Source: Octopus vulgaris
Lineage: Eukaryota
DNA length: 64,000 nucleotides
Direction: 5' to 3'
NCBI GenBank assembly: GCA_951406725.2
Contig: OX597821.1
Span: 83,328,001 to 83,392,000, forward strand
Within the stretch, counting starts at the first letter, position 1. Every line of letters begins with the position of its first letter. This document shows, in pieces, positions 1-14,384 of the stretch. A program made the translations under genes and the position numbers. Under the pieces are notes generated by a model. The model saw nothing but the letters and a program-made list of their open reading frames with translations, was not told where the DNA came from and searched no databases.

Positions 1-409
1 CCCGTTTCACAGAGCAGTGATAATCTCATTGTATCAGGTCAGTGTACTTATCATTGCAAAGGTTAATTTATCGTTGATACTAATAGCTTATTATCATCGC
101 AAATAACTTAACGGTTGTCACAGATCACTTGAGATTGCAGTTGTTATAATAGCGACTGTTTCAAGATTCAGGTTAAATAATTCTAACAATTTATGTTTCA
201 ATATTGAGAATAGGTAAAGGCAGCGAGCTGACAGAAACGTTAGCACGCCGGGCGAAATATTCCTGGGTATTTTGTATTTTACAGACTAAAACAAAATTTT
301 CAAAACAAATATTCAATAAAATTTGCTGAGGCCGACTTTGCCTTTCATCCTTTCTGGGTCGATAAATTAAGTACTTCCAAAATTTCGGGCCTTGTGTTAT
401 TGGTGAGAA

Positions 410-908
410 TTTAGGTGTAGGGATTATGGTTAGTGACAGGGTTTATGTCCAGTGTTATATTTAGGGTTAGGATTAGAGTTAGGGTTTAGGGTAAGCGTTA
501 GGATCCAGGGATTAAGTTTGTGCTTAGGGGCTTGGTTATGTTTAGAGGTTAGGGTTTTGAGTTAAGGTTAAGGTTAGGGTTTCAGAGGTAAGAAATGAGG
601 GTTATTGTTAGGGCTTACTGATGAGAGTTTAGGTGTAGGGGTTATGACAAGTGTTAGGGTTTATGGTCAGCGTTATATTCAGGGTTAGGACTAGAAATAG
701 GGCTTGTGATTAACGTTAGGATATAGGGGTTAAGGTTATGATCAGGGGTTAGGTTGTGTTTAAAGTTAGTGTTAGAAGTTAGGGTTAGTGTTAGGGTTTA
801 GTGTTAGCGCTGGGTTTAAAATTAATGTATTTTGATTTAGGTTAGAGTTGTTTAATGTTCGGTGTAGGGTTAGGGCTAGAACTCGAATTCGGTGTAGAGT
901 TAGGGTCG
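410..908 (+). repeat. Degenerate (TTAGGG)n-like interstitial repeat
   Basis: Dense TTAGGG, TTAGTG and TTAGAG variants, with an internal duplication of about 210 bp. Confidence 0.75.
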
Positions 909-987
909 GTGACGACTGGAACGCTTTTAAATTATGCTAATTGATCGGTTAGTTTATACTAATTTGAAAAATTTATAATTCCTTAAA

Positions 988-1072
988 GAGATATGTTTAG
1001 ATATGCAAATGAGATATGTCTAGATATGCAAATATGAGATATCTCTAGATATGCAAATGAGATATGTCTAAG
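988..1072. repeat. Minisatellite, ~23-bp unit gagatatgtctagatatgcaaat, about 3.5 copies
   Basis: Tandem copies directly visible. Confidence 0.85.
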
Positions 1073-1394
1073 TATGGATGAAGCGGTTATAAAAACCCAT
1101 TTTGAAGTGAGAAAACGTCTTGGGGCGAAAAAAAAAGTAGCAGTAGTGAGGAATATGGAGAATGTAGTGGGGAAAGCATTAGGGAAATTGTGATAAAAAT
1201 GCCAGTCTGGAGGGAAAATATTGCAGGGAGTCTTGATGATGAATAAATTGCAGGATATAACGAGTGGTCAGTGATGGAGCGCTTGCGTTTTCTTCTCTCA
1301 GCACCGGAAATGAGGAAGTATATCAGATCCTTAGATGAAAGGCAGGGTTTACGTATGTGTACATGTAGATGTGTGTGATGTATGCGTATACACT

Positions 1395-1395
<1 letters not shown>

Positions 1396-1493
<98 letters not shown>

Positions 1494-1564
1494 GTATATA
1501 TATATATGTATATATGTATATATATATATGTATGTATATATATGTATATATATATATGTGTATA

Positions 1565-1624
<60 letters not shown>
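1396..1624. repeat. (TG)n/(TA)n microsatellite
   Basis: Direct; source of the YI-repeat ORFs. Confidence 0.98.
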
Positions 1625-1631
<7 letters not shown>

Positions 1632-1758
1632 ATGTTTGCTTCCCAACCACATGGTTTCAGGTTCAGTCTCACTGCGTTGCATCTTCGGCAAGTGTATTCT
1701 CTGGGGCGGCCAAAGACTTTTGAATGGATTTGGCAGACGAGAACTGAAAGAAGCCCGT

Positions 1759-1813
<55 letters not shown>

Positions 1814-2104
1814 CTTTGAGTCCGTGTGTTTCCCCACCACTTAACAACCGGTGTTGGTTTGTTATCTTCCCCAGAATTTAGCAGTTCAGCAAAAATGACC
1901 GATAGAAAACCAAGTACAAGGCTTAAAGATATAAATAAGTCTTGGGATCGATTCGCTCGGCTAAAACTCTTCAAAGCGTTGCTCCAGCATGGCTACAGTG
2001 CAAAGCTGAAAATATATGTTTTGACTCACTGTAAAAGCCAGTCCATTGCTTGAGAACAAAACGGTGTTTAGAGATTGCTCCGTGATAATGTGTTAGTTAG
2101 TTAA

Positions 2105-2545
2105 TTTTTGGCTCAAAAAGCAAAAAGCAAGGCCATGTAGGTATGTACAGGGTGGTGTTCATGTAAAGAGTTCAGGCCACTTGTGGTCAAGGGAGACTTT
2201 GAACCGAGCGGTCGTCGGCATCTTCACCATCTCGTCTGGCAGCTTATTCCACGGATCCGCAAACCGGACGGAGAAAGCCCCTCTCCTTCGATTGAGATGA
2301 AATCGTCGCAGATAGAGCTTTTCGGAGTGACCCCGCAGCCGACGCTCTGGAGCAGGAGTGAAGAACAGCTCTTTCGAGAGGTTACACTTTCTGCTTATGA
2401 TGTTGTGAGCGAGAATGAGATCACCACGGCGGCGGCGTTTTCAAGAGAATAAAGGTCGAGCGTCTTCAGCCTTTCTTCATAAGACAAATTCTTGAGACCA
2501 AGAACCATGCGGGTAGCCAGCTTCTGGACTCTTTCGAGATGCTGC
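2105..2545 (-). mobile_element. CR1-clade LINE 3' fragment (ORF2 C-terminus, frameshifted)
   Basis: Minus strand reads QHLERVQKLATRMVLGLKNLSYEERLKTLDLYSLE / RRRRGDLILAHNII...LRGHSEKL...AFSVRFADPWNKLP, the classic CR1 tail. Confidence 0.9.
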
Positions 2546-2667
2546 AGCAATGATTACTGTTAACTTCTTGCTTTAACTTACCATTCCTTTGGGTGGTTTA
2601 GAATTGCTAGGATTAGCTAATCCCACTGGCAACGATAACTTGCATTATTGCTAGGACTCGCACATAC

Positions 2668-3062
2668 GCGCAGGAATGGCTGTCTGGTAAGTAGCTTGCT
2701 TACCAACCACATGGTTCCGGGTTCAGTCCCACTGCGTGGCACTTTGGGCAAGTGTCTTCTACCTTAGCCTGGGGCCGACCAATGCCTTGTGAGTGAATTT
2801 GGTAGACGGAAACTGAAAGAAGCCTGTCGTATATATGTATGTTTGTGTATATGTTTGTATGTCTGTGTCTGTCCCCACCTCCAACATCGCTTGACAACCG
2901 ATGCTGGTGTGTTTACGTCCCTGTGACTAGCAGTTCGACAAAAGAGAACGATAGAATAAGTACTAGGCTTCCAAAGAATAAAGTCCTGGAGTCGATCTGC
3001 TCGACTAAAGGCGGTGCTCCAGCATGGCCGCATTCAAATGACTGAAACAAGTAAAAGAGTAC
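2668..3062 (+). mobile_element. tRNA-derived SINE, family A. Other copies at 1634-2000, 10845-11145(-), 13088-13630, 36668-37065 and 57260-58027
   Basis: Head gcgcaggagtggctgtgtggtaag...ggttcagtccc with A/B-box-like motifs, an internal TA/TG tract and the tail ccagcatggccgcagtcaaatgactgaaacaag; recurs many times. Confidence 0.85.
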
Positions 3063-3236
3063 GAGAGTATATGGGCCACACCAATGCTAATGATGATGCG
3101 TGTTATTGCTTCGAATAGTTCACACTCACGGCCTCCAAAAATTTTGCAACATGGAACAAGACTATTTTCTTGCCCCGAGAAGAAAAGGGTGCCCTTTCAT
3201 ATTTCAAATTTCCTTTCTTTCTGTCTGTCTTTGATC

Positions 3237-3312
<76 letters not shown>

Positions 3313-4347
3313 CCCTCTCTCTCTCTCTCTTTTTAAGAAGGGCCACGCCAGACATCCACTTGCCCTTGCTTAGCTATTCCATTCCCGGACCAGTGGTCCT
3401 TTTCCTCCTTACAGGTCCCCTGCTCACAACACTGTTATCCATAGCTCCCACCATCAGCTATGGATATTTTACGAGATTACAAAACAACAGTCTATTACAG
3501 TTCATTATTGTTACGAATAGCCGACTGGACACAGTCCGTTATTGTTATCGATTCTCTTTCACCATCGTAAAATAATTAAAATTCGAGGTCTCATCGTTTA
3601 CAGCGGGGGGCGATTTCGAAAAGTTTTCTTTCAACTATCATCATCAGCGAAAGGTGAAATGACTAAGTGAATAAGTTTTATGACTCATGTTGACTATATG
3701 TGAAAACTGAGTAATAGCGTCTAATGTGATACACACATATGCACACACGCACCTTCACTCGCACATGCACACACACACCATCACTCACGCACACACACCG
3801 CCAGTCCCAAATACACACGCGAACATACATAGATGCACACACGCACCTCCTCCCTCCCCCCTTTCTCTCTCTCTTACATATACATAAACAGACGCACGCA
3901 TAAATATTTATACAGGTAGTGTGTGTGTGTACGTATGTGTGTGTGAGGATGTATGATGAAGTTCGCTTTGCTATCACATAGTTTCGGGTTCAGTTCTATT
4001 GTGAGGTACCTCAGCCAAATGTTGTTGTTTTTTATAGCCTCGGTTTGATCAATGCTCTCTGAATGCAATTGGCAGATGGAAACTATGCGAAAGCCCCTAC
4101 ATGTATGCGTGTGTCTGTCCCGTTAAGGGGCCTGTGAAACTTAGAGTAGCACCGAACCGAATCAAACTGTTTTAAATAATACATGTAATTCCTACTAAAT
4201 GTGTTGAGTGCATTTTTTTTCTTTTGTTTGTCCACTCACTCGCATTTACATTCTTTTATTCGCTTCAGTTTTGCAGCTGTGGTCATACTGGGAAAAAACC
4301 CCACCGTGTGTGTGTGTGCGTTTGTGCATGTATGTATATATATATAT

Positions 4348-4419
<72 letters not shown>

Positions 4420-4457
4420 AGCATGGCCGCAGTCAAATGACTGAAGCAAGTAAAAGA

Positions 4458-4507
<50 letters not shown>

Positions 4508-4575
4508 CAAAGTTGAGTTGTGGGGTATCGCACGAGTGGAATTATATACGGAAGAAGGTTTCAAACCTTCTTTCG

Positions 4576-4608
<33 letters not shown>

Positions 4609-4615
4609 TTATATA

Positions 4616-4735
<120 letters not shown>

Positions 4736-4849
4736 ATCCTTTCGGTTTATGATCACAGATTGAAAGTGAAAAACTGATCGTAAGCAATCGTCAAGGAATT
4801 ACTATTTCTAAAGGTCATATATATATAAAAAAGAAAAGCTAGAGTTGAA

Positions 4850-5208
4850 AGGGACACCTGAGTGCCGATTGTCCCACACTCTCCGCTTTCGTCTGCCCCC
4901 AATTGTAACAGTAACTGAGAAACCCATTTCTCTCCACTGGAACAGAGCTTCATCCATCTCCCTGTTGGAACTAGTCCATGTTACAGAGAAGTTGCCTATT
5001 AAAGGGGAGCAGGCGTGGGTGGAGGAAAGAAAACAGAGAAGTGATAGAGGCAAGTACTTATGCAGACCTAGACCCCCCAAACCGTTTGTTGCGAAGCAGC
5101 CTGGTCACGGGACTCTGGAGAGAGTCTGACATTGACCAAGCATTCAAGTTTCTTGAAGATGAGGTTGTCAATGCATTGGAGAGACGATGAGAATCTATAA
5201 GAGGGACT
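4850..5208 (-). mobile_element. CRE-clade-like non-LTR retrotransposon RT fragment (copy 1)
   Basis: Minus strand SPSYRFSSSLQCIDNLIFKKLECLVNVRLSPESRDQAA / GGLGLHK...LSLLCFLSSTHACSPLI resembles the CRE pattern SP...D..L...LE...N..L....QA.LP...GGLG.R....L..FLSS; frameshifted. Confidence 0.7.
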
Positions 5209-6052
5209 CACTCTGAGCCTAATCTTAAATCCAATGCCCTAACCCTTATCCAAACACACCTGGGGTCGTAGCATCGTGTTTATTTATTTATTTCGATAAT
5301 AATCTCGTAAGTTAGGAAACAAATGCAGTTACTTTTTTCTTTCTCCATAAAAGGAATATATTATTGCATTAATCATTGCTTTCTTTCTTTCTTTCCTTCT
5401 TTCTTTCTTTCTTCCTTTCTTTCCTTCTTCCTTTATTTATTTATTTCGTGTGGTACAAAAACCTTTAATTTGTTTACAACAGTGGTTGCCGTGTGATAGT
5501 ATACATGCCCATATATGGACATATATCATCAACTACCTGCAGGAAAATTTTCTTTGCTATTCATAAGAATAATCTAACTTTTGCACTCACCATACACTTT
5601 TACCTTTTTCTTTGTACTTGTTTGAATCACTGGACTGCGACCATGCTGGGGCATTTACTGCTTTGTAGGGTTAGACTAACAAACGAACGCCAGTACTTAT
5701 TTTAAACTTCGTACATATTCTGTCGATTTTTCCCGAATCCCACAACTAACAGGGACGTAAACAAAGTATCACCGTTTGTCAAAAGGTGGACCCGCACACA
5801 CACACACGTATGTATGTATATATATATGTGTGTGTGTGTATAATATAAATAATATATAAATATATGCATATATACCTACATATATATGTATATATACATG
5901 CATATATGGGTACAGGACATCTAAAAATACGTTGAACACAATGAGAAACATAAAAATTAAAAACAAAAACATAGAAACGAACTTTTTTCAAACAACGAAA
6001 AAAAAAACCAGAGTACAAGACATTCAAGACAAGGAATATTCCCCCTAATTGA

Positions 6053-6116
<64 letters not shown>

Positions 6117-7368
6117 TCAATTAGTCGCCTGTAGGTTAGGAAAAGATGCACACTTCTGAAGAGAGTTTGAACAGTTATACTTTTGCATAGACAGCCCCTT
6201 GTGGGCAGTAAAGAAATATGTACTTTTGTATAGAATATTAAAAAAAGAAAATCGAAAAAAAAAAGGTAAGCGACGGGTAAGAACTTGGAAAACTTGTGGG
6301 GAAAATTGAAAACAAAACGGGAAAACCAAGCGCTGTGGTGCCGATTTCATCAGCCGAATGGTGCCAATATTTTCCATCTTTAAGTGGAAAATTTTGATAT
6401 ATTTCTACAATAAACGCGCGAACTCTCACCCCCCCCCCCCCCCCCTCTGAGTGTATGCAGGGGGGACGTGTTTGTGTGTCTTTATATTAACACCGCTTAA
6501 AAACCGGTGTTGTTTGTTTATGTCCCGTACCTCAGATGCCCGTTAAATACAGACTTAAGCTTCGAAAGAAGTCGATATAACCCTACCAAGTGGGGCCCGA
6601 TTAGACGCTACAAGGCGGTTCCCTGAGCACGGTCATTGTCCAATCAATGAAATTAGTATAAATAATTCAAGAATATATGTTCATGCAAAGGTGTTGTTCT
6701 GCCTTTAACTTTCTAAAACTTGTGTATTTTCAAAGAAGAATTCCATGTATGTCGTTTGCGAAGATTGCGATTATCGGTCATAAAATATTAGAAGCAAAAT
6801 CGAGTTCTAAATCTCGGTAAAAGAGTCTCTGGAGAATTTCATTGAAAGATATGCATTTAATAAAGTTCGGTGGGGAAGTGGAGGTGGAACTCAAAACATT
6901 TTCCCCCATTTCATCATACTCTGCAGCATCTAATCTAAAATTGTATCTGTGGAAAATACATTTTTAAGGGATGCTATCCTATATATATACACATACATGC
7001 ATACACACACATATTCTATGCTTATATAAACGTCTTGACACCCATTAAATACACACACATACACACTCGCACACACATGCACATTCAGCCACACACACAT
7101 GCACATTCATACACACACACGCACACACACACAACCTAACCATCAATACGTGGATACATGCAGCGTTTTTATTTACATTCCAACGATGGAGTTTTGTATC
7201 TGTATTAGAAACTTCCTTACTGGAAGACTTCAAATCATTAAAACTCGAACATACATACATACAACAGGATACAACATACATACATACATATATACATACA
7301 TACATACATATACATACATATACATACATAGATACATACATACATACATACATACATACATACATACA

Positions 7369-7402
<34 letters not shown>

Positions 7403-7621
7403 CATACATACATGTCTAGATATCTAGATATATTTTATGCACGAGAAGACATGCATAAAACAAAACATTCAACTCTTCACCTATTCATATATACACGCAT
7501 CCATACAAAAATATCCTGTTGATGTTGAAATTCCAATGAAGGAACCTTGGATCTAGGTTAGAAACCGGCTCTTTCTCTATTGATAAGAAATCTTAAATAA
7601 AGCTGAACAATGACATACATA

Positions 7622-7915
7622 ATGGAGGCACATGGCCTAGTGGTTAGAGCAGCGATCGAGGGATCGTTGGTTCGAATCTCAGACCGGACGATGTGTGTGT
7701 TCATGAGCAAAACACCCAAGCTCCACGCGGCTCCGGCAGAAGGTAATGGTGAACTTCTGCTGACTCTTTCACCACAACTTACTCTAACTCTTTCCTCCTG
7801 CATCTTGCAGCACAGCTGCGACGAACCGGCGTCCCGTGCAGGTGGGGGATCTACACGGCAAGGAAACCGGGAAACCGGCCCTTATGAGCCAGGCGTGGCT
7901 CGAGAAGGAACAAAC
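7622..7915 (+). mobile_element. tRNA-derived SINE (family C variant) with target-site duplication
   Basis: tggcctagtggttag...gttcgaatc A/B boxes; direct repeat aacaatgacatacata on both flanks; related copy at 28625-28880. Confidence 0.85.
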
Positions 7916-7998
7916 AACAATGACATACATACATACTTGCATACATATACGGACAAATAAAACACGTTTGCTAGATTAGTGAAAAACATCAACGATTA

Positions 7999-8122
7999 TT
8001 TGTTGCGAAGCAGCCTGGTCACGGGACTCTGGAGAGAGTCTGACATTGACCAAGCATTCAAGTTTCTTGAAGATGAGGTTGTCAATGCATTGGAGAGACG
8101 ACGAGAATCTATAAGAGGGACT
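7999..8122 (-). mobile_element. CRE-like RT fragment (copy 2, truncated)
   Basis: Near-identical to 5085-5208. Confidence 0.7.
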
Positions 8123-8301
8123 CACTCTGAGCCTAATCTTAAATCCAATGCCCTAACCCTTATCCAAACACACCTCGGGTCGTAGCATCTTGTTTATTTA
8201 TTTATTTCGATAATAATCTCCTAAGTTAGGAAACAAATGCAGTTACTTTTTTTTCTTTTTTCTTTCTCCATAAAAGGAATATATTATTGCATTATTCATT
8301 G

Positions 8302-8418
<117 letters not shown>

Positions 8419-9599
8419 GTGTGGTACAAAAACTTTTAATTTGTTTATTAACAGTGGTTGCCGTGTGATAGTATACATGCCCATATATGGACATATATCA
8501 TCAACTACCTGCAGGAAAATTTTCTTTGCTATTCATAAGAATAATCTAACTTTTGCACTCACCATACACTTTTACCTTTTTTTTATACTTGTTTGAATCA
8601 CTGGACTGCGACCATGCTGGGGCATTTACTGCTTTGTAGGGTTAGACAAACAAACGAACGCCAATACTTATTTTAAGCTTCGTACATATTCGATCGATTT
8701 TTCCCTAAGCCCGCAACTAACTAAACAATGGCCCAGTAGTTAGGGCAGCGGACTCGCGGTTTCGATTCCGAAACCGGGCGTTGTGAGTGTTTATTGAGCG
8801 AAAACACCTAAAGCCCCACGTGGCTCTGACAGGGCGTGGGTGGCGAACCCTGCTGTACTCTATTGCCACAACTTTCTCTCACTCTTTCTTACCTGTATTT
8901 CAAAGGGTCAGCCCTGTAACACTCTGTGTCATGCTGAATCGCCCGAGAACTACGTTAAGGGTGCACATGTCCGTTAATTTCACGAGCAGGCTCTTCCGTT
9001 GATCGGATCAACCGGAACCCTCGTCGTCGTAACCGACGGAGTGCCATTCAGTCATATATATATATATATATATCACTTCGATATCTGACGTATGGTACAT
9101 CGTGCATCTATACAGTTAAGTTTAATATTAATGGAGAGAGTGAGCTAATGAACGGGACAAAGATCTGATCATTATAAACAGATAGTTTATGACAGGTTGT
9201 TCCGCAAGAAATTGTGGAACTTTCCTCTAGAAAAATCCAGGATGAAACCAAAAAAATAGAGTTTCTCTTTCGTATGTGTCAAGGGAGACAATTCGAAGTC
9301 TGTTTCAATTATTTCCCTTTATATGTCATCATACCTATATTACTATCCAACGTGTATAGTTACACGTGTACCTATTGTTACAGGTACGATAACTTTGGGG
9401 GAAAACCTATGGAAATTACTCTAGTTTTACGCTGACTGAATATTCGAAGCTGAGTACGGTGCTATATCGAATCTATTCATGGTAATTATTATTCTTATCA
9501 TATAAATTCCAATAAACGCAGGTATGGCTGTGTGATAAGAAGGGTCAATATACAGTTTGAGACCCTTTAACGAAAAAGAAAAAAAAAATTCAGCCAACT

Positions 9600-10845
9600 G
9601 GATGTAAAAAAATATGTAGAAAACGAATATGAAAGAAGAAATTTGCGCAAACCAACGGGGATAGGTGGGGAGAGGACTTTCGGAAAATTCACAAGATCTA
9701 ATTTTTCCCTTCATAATTTTCAGGAAAATGGATATATATTATTGAAATTTTTTAGAAATACCGTTCAAATGACACAGATTATGATTATAAAGAAATATCT
9801 GGGGAAAATGTTTTCCGAAGAAGTGGGGAGAGGATTTCGAAAAGTTTTTTTTTCCTTCTTCCGTTTTTGTTTCTTTACCTTCTTAACTTTCAGGAAAATG
9901 GATATCGTTTAATGAAATTTTACAGAAATACCCTTCGAACAGCTTAGATTACGATTATATGGGAATTTGTGGAGAAAATGCTTCCAAAGGGGTGGGGAGA
10001 GGACTGACCGTTTTTTCCCTCATAACTTTCAGGATCTAGTTTAGCGCTCAGTCAAAATAAATAAATAAATAAATAAATAAAAACAGTCTGATAGGTGTAA
10101 AAAAGAACGTGTAGAAAATGAATATGAAAACAAAAATTTGCGCAAATGAACATGGGTGGGGTGGTCGGGGAGAGGACTTTCTGAAAATTCCCATGATCCG
10201 ATTTTTTCCCTCATAACTTTCAAGAAAACGGATATCTTTCAATGAAATTTTACAGAAACACTTTTCTAACAGCATAGATTACGATTATAAAGAAATTTGT
10301 TGGGGACAATGTTTTCCTGAAAGTCATGAGGGAAAATATCGGATCGTGTGAATTTTCCGAAAGTCCTCTCAAGTTCGTTTGCGCAAATGTTTGTTTTCAT
10401 ATTCGTTTTTCTAAACCCCAACCCTTTTTTTTTTTTTTTTTTTCGCTTTGGGGACCAGACCCTAAACTACATCCTGAAAGTTATGAGGGAAAAAACGGAT
10501 TGTGCGAACTTTCCGACAGTCCGCTCCCCACCCCTTCGGAAAACATTTCCCCCACAAATTTCTTTATAATCGTAATCTATGCTCTTTGAAAAGTGTTTCT
10601 GTAACATTTCATTAAAAGATATCCATTTTCCTGAAAGTTATGAGGTAGAAAATCGGATCATGTGAAGTCCTCTCCCCACTTCTTCGGAAAACATTTTCCC
10701 CAGATATTTCTTTATAATCGTAAACTGTGCCATTTGAACGGTATTTCTATAAAATTTCATTACTATATATCCATTTTGCTGAAAGTTATGAAGGGAAAAT
10801 CGGATCTTGTGTATTTTCCGAGACTTCTCCCCACCTCGTTCGTTT
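9600..10845. mobile_element. Foldback-like imperfect palindrome built from ~165-bp modules
   Basis: 9665-9840 is the reverse complement of 10662-10836, and 10008-10165 of 10370-10500; the orientation switches near 10320. Confidence 0.75.
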
Positions 10846-11234
10846 ACTCTTTTAGTGTCTTTTACTTGTTTCAGTCATTTGACTGTGGCCATGCTGGAGC
10901 ACCGCCTTTAGTCGAGCAAATCGACCCCGGGACTCACTCTTTGTAAGCTCTGTACTTATTCTATCGGTCTCTTTTGCCGAACCGCTAAGTTACGGGGACG
11001 TAAACACACCAGCATCAGTTGTCAAGCAATGCTAGGGGGACAAACACAGACACACAAACACGCACATACATATATACGACAGGCTTCTTTCAGTTTCCGT
11101 CTACCAAATCCACTCACAAGGCATTGGTCGGCCCGGGGCTATAGCTGAAGATATATATATATACACACACATATATATACATATATATCCAGCATGGCCG
11201 CAGTCAAATGACTGAAGCAAGTAAAAGAGTATAG

Positions 11235-11271
<37 letters not shown>

Positions 11272-11272
11272 T

Positions 11273-11303
<31 letters not shown>

Positions 11304-11409
11304 ATCCTTTCGGTTTATGATCACAGATTGAAAGTGAAAAACTGATCGTAAGCAATCGTCAAGGAATTGACGATTTCTATTTCTAAAGGTCGTATATATA
11401 TATAAAAAA

Positions 11410-11785
11410 GAAAAGCTAGAGTTGGAAGGGTCACCTGAGTGCCGATTGTCCCACACTCTCCACTTTCGTCTGCCCCCAATCGTAACAGTAACTGAGAAAC
11501 CCATTTCTCTCCCCTGGAACAGAGCTTCATCCATCTCCCTGTTGGAACTAGTCCATGTTACAGAGAAGTTGCCTATTAAAGGGGAGCAGGCGTGGGTGGA
11601 GGAAAGAAAACAGAGAAGTGATACAGGCCAGTACTTACGCAGACCTAGACCCCCCAAACCGTTTGTTGCGAAGCAGTCTGGTCACGGGACTCTGGAGAGA
11701 GTCTGACATTGACCAAGCATTCAAGTTTCTTGAAGATGAGGTTGTCAATGCATTGGAGAGACGATGAGAATCTATAAGAGGGACT
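11410..11785 (-). mobile_element. CRE-like RT fragment (copy 3)
   Basis: Near-identical to copy 1, with GGLGLRK retained. Confidence 0.7.
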
Positions 11786-12201
11786 CACTCTGAGCCTAAT
11801 CTTAAATCCAATGCCCTAACCCTTATCCAAACACACCTGGGGTCGTAGCATCGTGTTTATTTATTTATTTCGATAATAATCTCCTAAGTTAGGAAACAAA
11901 TGCAGTTACTTTTTTTTCTTTTTTCTTTCTCCATAAAAGGAATATATTATTGCATTATTCATTGCTTTCTTTCTTTCTTTCATTCTTTCTTTCTTTCTTT
12001 CCTTCTTTCTTTCTTTCTTTCCTTGTTTCTTTCTTTCTTTCTTTATTTATTTATTTCAATAATAATCTCCTAAGTTAGGAAACAAATGCAGTTACTTTCT
12101 TTTTTTTTTCTTTCTCCATAAAAGGAATATATTATTGCATTATTCATTGCTTTCTTTCTTTCTTTCCTTCTTTCTTTCTTTCTTTCTTTATTTCTTTCTT
12201 C

Positions 12202-12260
<59 letters not shown>

Positions 12261-12472
12261 TATTTATTTATTTATTTCGTGTGGTACAAAAACCTTTAAT
12301 TTGTTTATAACAGTGGTTGCCGTGTAATAGTATACATGCCCATATATGGACATATATCATCAACAACCTGCAGGGAAATTTTCTAACTTTTGCACTCACC
12401 ATACACTTTTTCCTTTTTCTTTGTACTTGTTTGAATTACTGGACTGCGACGGAAACTGAAAGAAGCCAGTCG

Positions 12473-13560
12473 TATGTATGTATGTATGTATGTATGTATG
12501 TATGTATGTATGTATGTATGTATGTATGTGTGTATGTATGTATGTATGTGTGTGTATGTGTGTGTGTGTGTATGTATGAATGTATGTATGCATGTATGCA
12601 TGTGTGAATATGTATGTATGTATGTTTGTATGTATGTGTGTGTGTGTATGTATGAATGTATGTATGCATGTATACATGTATGCATGTGTGTATGTATGTA
12701 TGTGTGTATGTAAGTATGTGTGTATGTGTGTGTATGCACGTGTGTATGTGTATGCGTCTGTGTGTGTGTGCGCGCGTGTGTGTATGCGCGCGCACTTGTC
12801 CCCCCCACATCGCTTGACAACCGATGCTGGTGTGTTTACGTCCACGTAACTTAGTGGTTCGGCAAAAGAGACTGATAGAATAGGTACTAGGCTTACAAAG
12901 AATAAGTCCGGTGGGGGGGCGATTTGCTCGACTAAAGGCGGTGCTCAAGCATGGCCACAGTCAAATGACTGAAACCAGTAAAAGAGTAAGCTGGAAACAA
13001 ATGAAGCTTTTTTCTTTTTCTTTCTCCATAAAAGGGACATATCAATAAATCAATCATTTATTTATTGCTGTGTCTGGGGAGAGTCGTTTCCGGGTTCAGT
13101 CCCACTGCGTGGCACCTTGGGGAAAGTGCCTTCTACTATAGCCTCAGGCCAATCAATGCCTTGTGAGTGGTTTTGGTAGACGGAAACTGAAAGAAGCCCG
13201 TCGTATGTATGTATGTATGTATGTATGTATGTATGTATGTATGTATGTATGTATGTGAGTATGTATGTATGTATGTATGTATGTATGTATGTGAGTATGT
13301 ATGTATGTATGTATGTATGTATGTATGTATGTATGTGTGTATGTATGTATGTATGTATGCATGTATGTATGTATGCATGTATGTATGTATGTATGTGAGT
13401 ATGTATGTATGTATGTATGTATGTATGTGTGTATGTATGTATGTATGTATGTATGTATGTATGTATGTATGTATGCATATATGTATGTATGCATGTATGT
13501 ATGTGAGTATGTGTGCATGTGTGTATGTATGTGAGTATGTGTGTATGTGTATGCATGTAT
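12473..13560. repeat. Two (TATG)n expansions inside SINE copies (12473-12790 and 13203-13560)
   Basis: Direct. Confidence 0.95.
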
Positions 13561-14023
13561 GTGGGTATAAGTTTGTGTCTGTTTCTCACCCAGCCCCCAA
13601 ACATCGCTTGACAACCGATGCTGGTGTGTATAAAGTATACTTTATACTTTAACACACGCACCGGTAACATTTCCACTTGTATTTTATTTTTATTTTCCTA
13701 AAATTTTCGTTGAGTCTTGCAACCTTTTCAATTGTCTTGACATTTATTTATTTATTCATTTATTTATTTCGTTTATTTATTTCGTATGATATCAACCTTT
13801 AATTTGTTTATAACACTGACTGCCGTTGCATTCGTTAAAAGCACATATATGGGCATATGTCATCAACTCGATTGACACTAATATCTGTTGGTAAATTTTC
13901 TTTGCTAATTATATGACTAGTCTAAGTTCTGCACTTGCTAAACATTTTTACTCTTTTTTTGTACTTGTTTGAGTCACTGGACTGCGACCATGCTGGGGCA
14001 TTCACTGCTTTGTAAGGTTAGAC

Positions 14024-14384
14024 CGTAGTTTCTCACGCGTTTTTTTTACCTATCGACCCCTTTGATTACTTTAATATTGTGGTGCCCCCCCCCCCCCGTA
14101 GACATTCAATGTTTAAAAACCAGTTTTATAGAAACTTCTTTCAAAATTCTTATTTAATTTTTCACACACATTAACTTGTGTAGGTTGAACTATGGAAAAC
14201 ATTAGAGCAAGAAACCCAGCCGTTTCTTGCAACACATACCAATGCATACACCTAAAGCAGAATTTTTTCAGGGGGCCTTTAAAATACTATTGTAGATTCC
14301 CAGTTTACTATTTTGTTGAGTGGACCCCTCAAAAATTTCATTTGAACCCTCAGGGGCCATATGGACATTGGTTGAGTACCATTG
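14024..14384. mobile_element. hAT-type MITE with 8-bp TSD GGTTAGAC
   Basis: GGTTAGAC at 14016-14023 and 14385-14392; degenerate termini cgtagtttctca...ttgagtaccattg; empty site present in the paralogous unit near 5670. Confidence 0.85.

Noticed and set aside
1087-1881. Long ORFs of YI/HT/CV/MYVC repeats (also at 4.2-4.8, 7.0-7.4, 12.3-13.7, 15.0-15.4 and 51.7-52.1 kb)
   Set aside because: Translations of microsatellites that lack stop codons
4978-5190. Plus-strand SLVTGLWRESDIDQAFKFLEDEVVNALERR as a triplicated terminal exon
   Set aside because: The opposite strand gives a better explanation (CRE-like RT motifs), and no partner exons were found
6150-6360. CTGAAGA / TCATCAG words as hammerhead cores (also at 618, 3640 and 14833)
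   Set aside because: No stem II, GAAA and stem I arrangement
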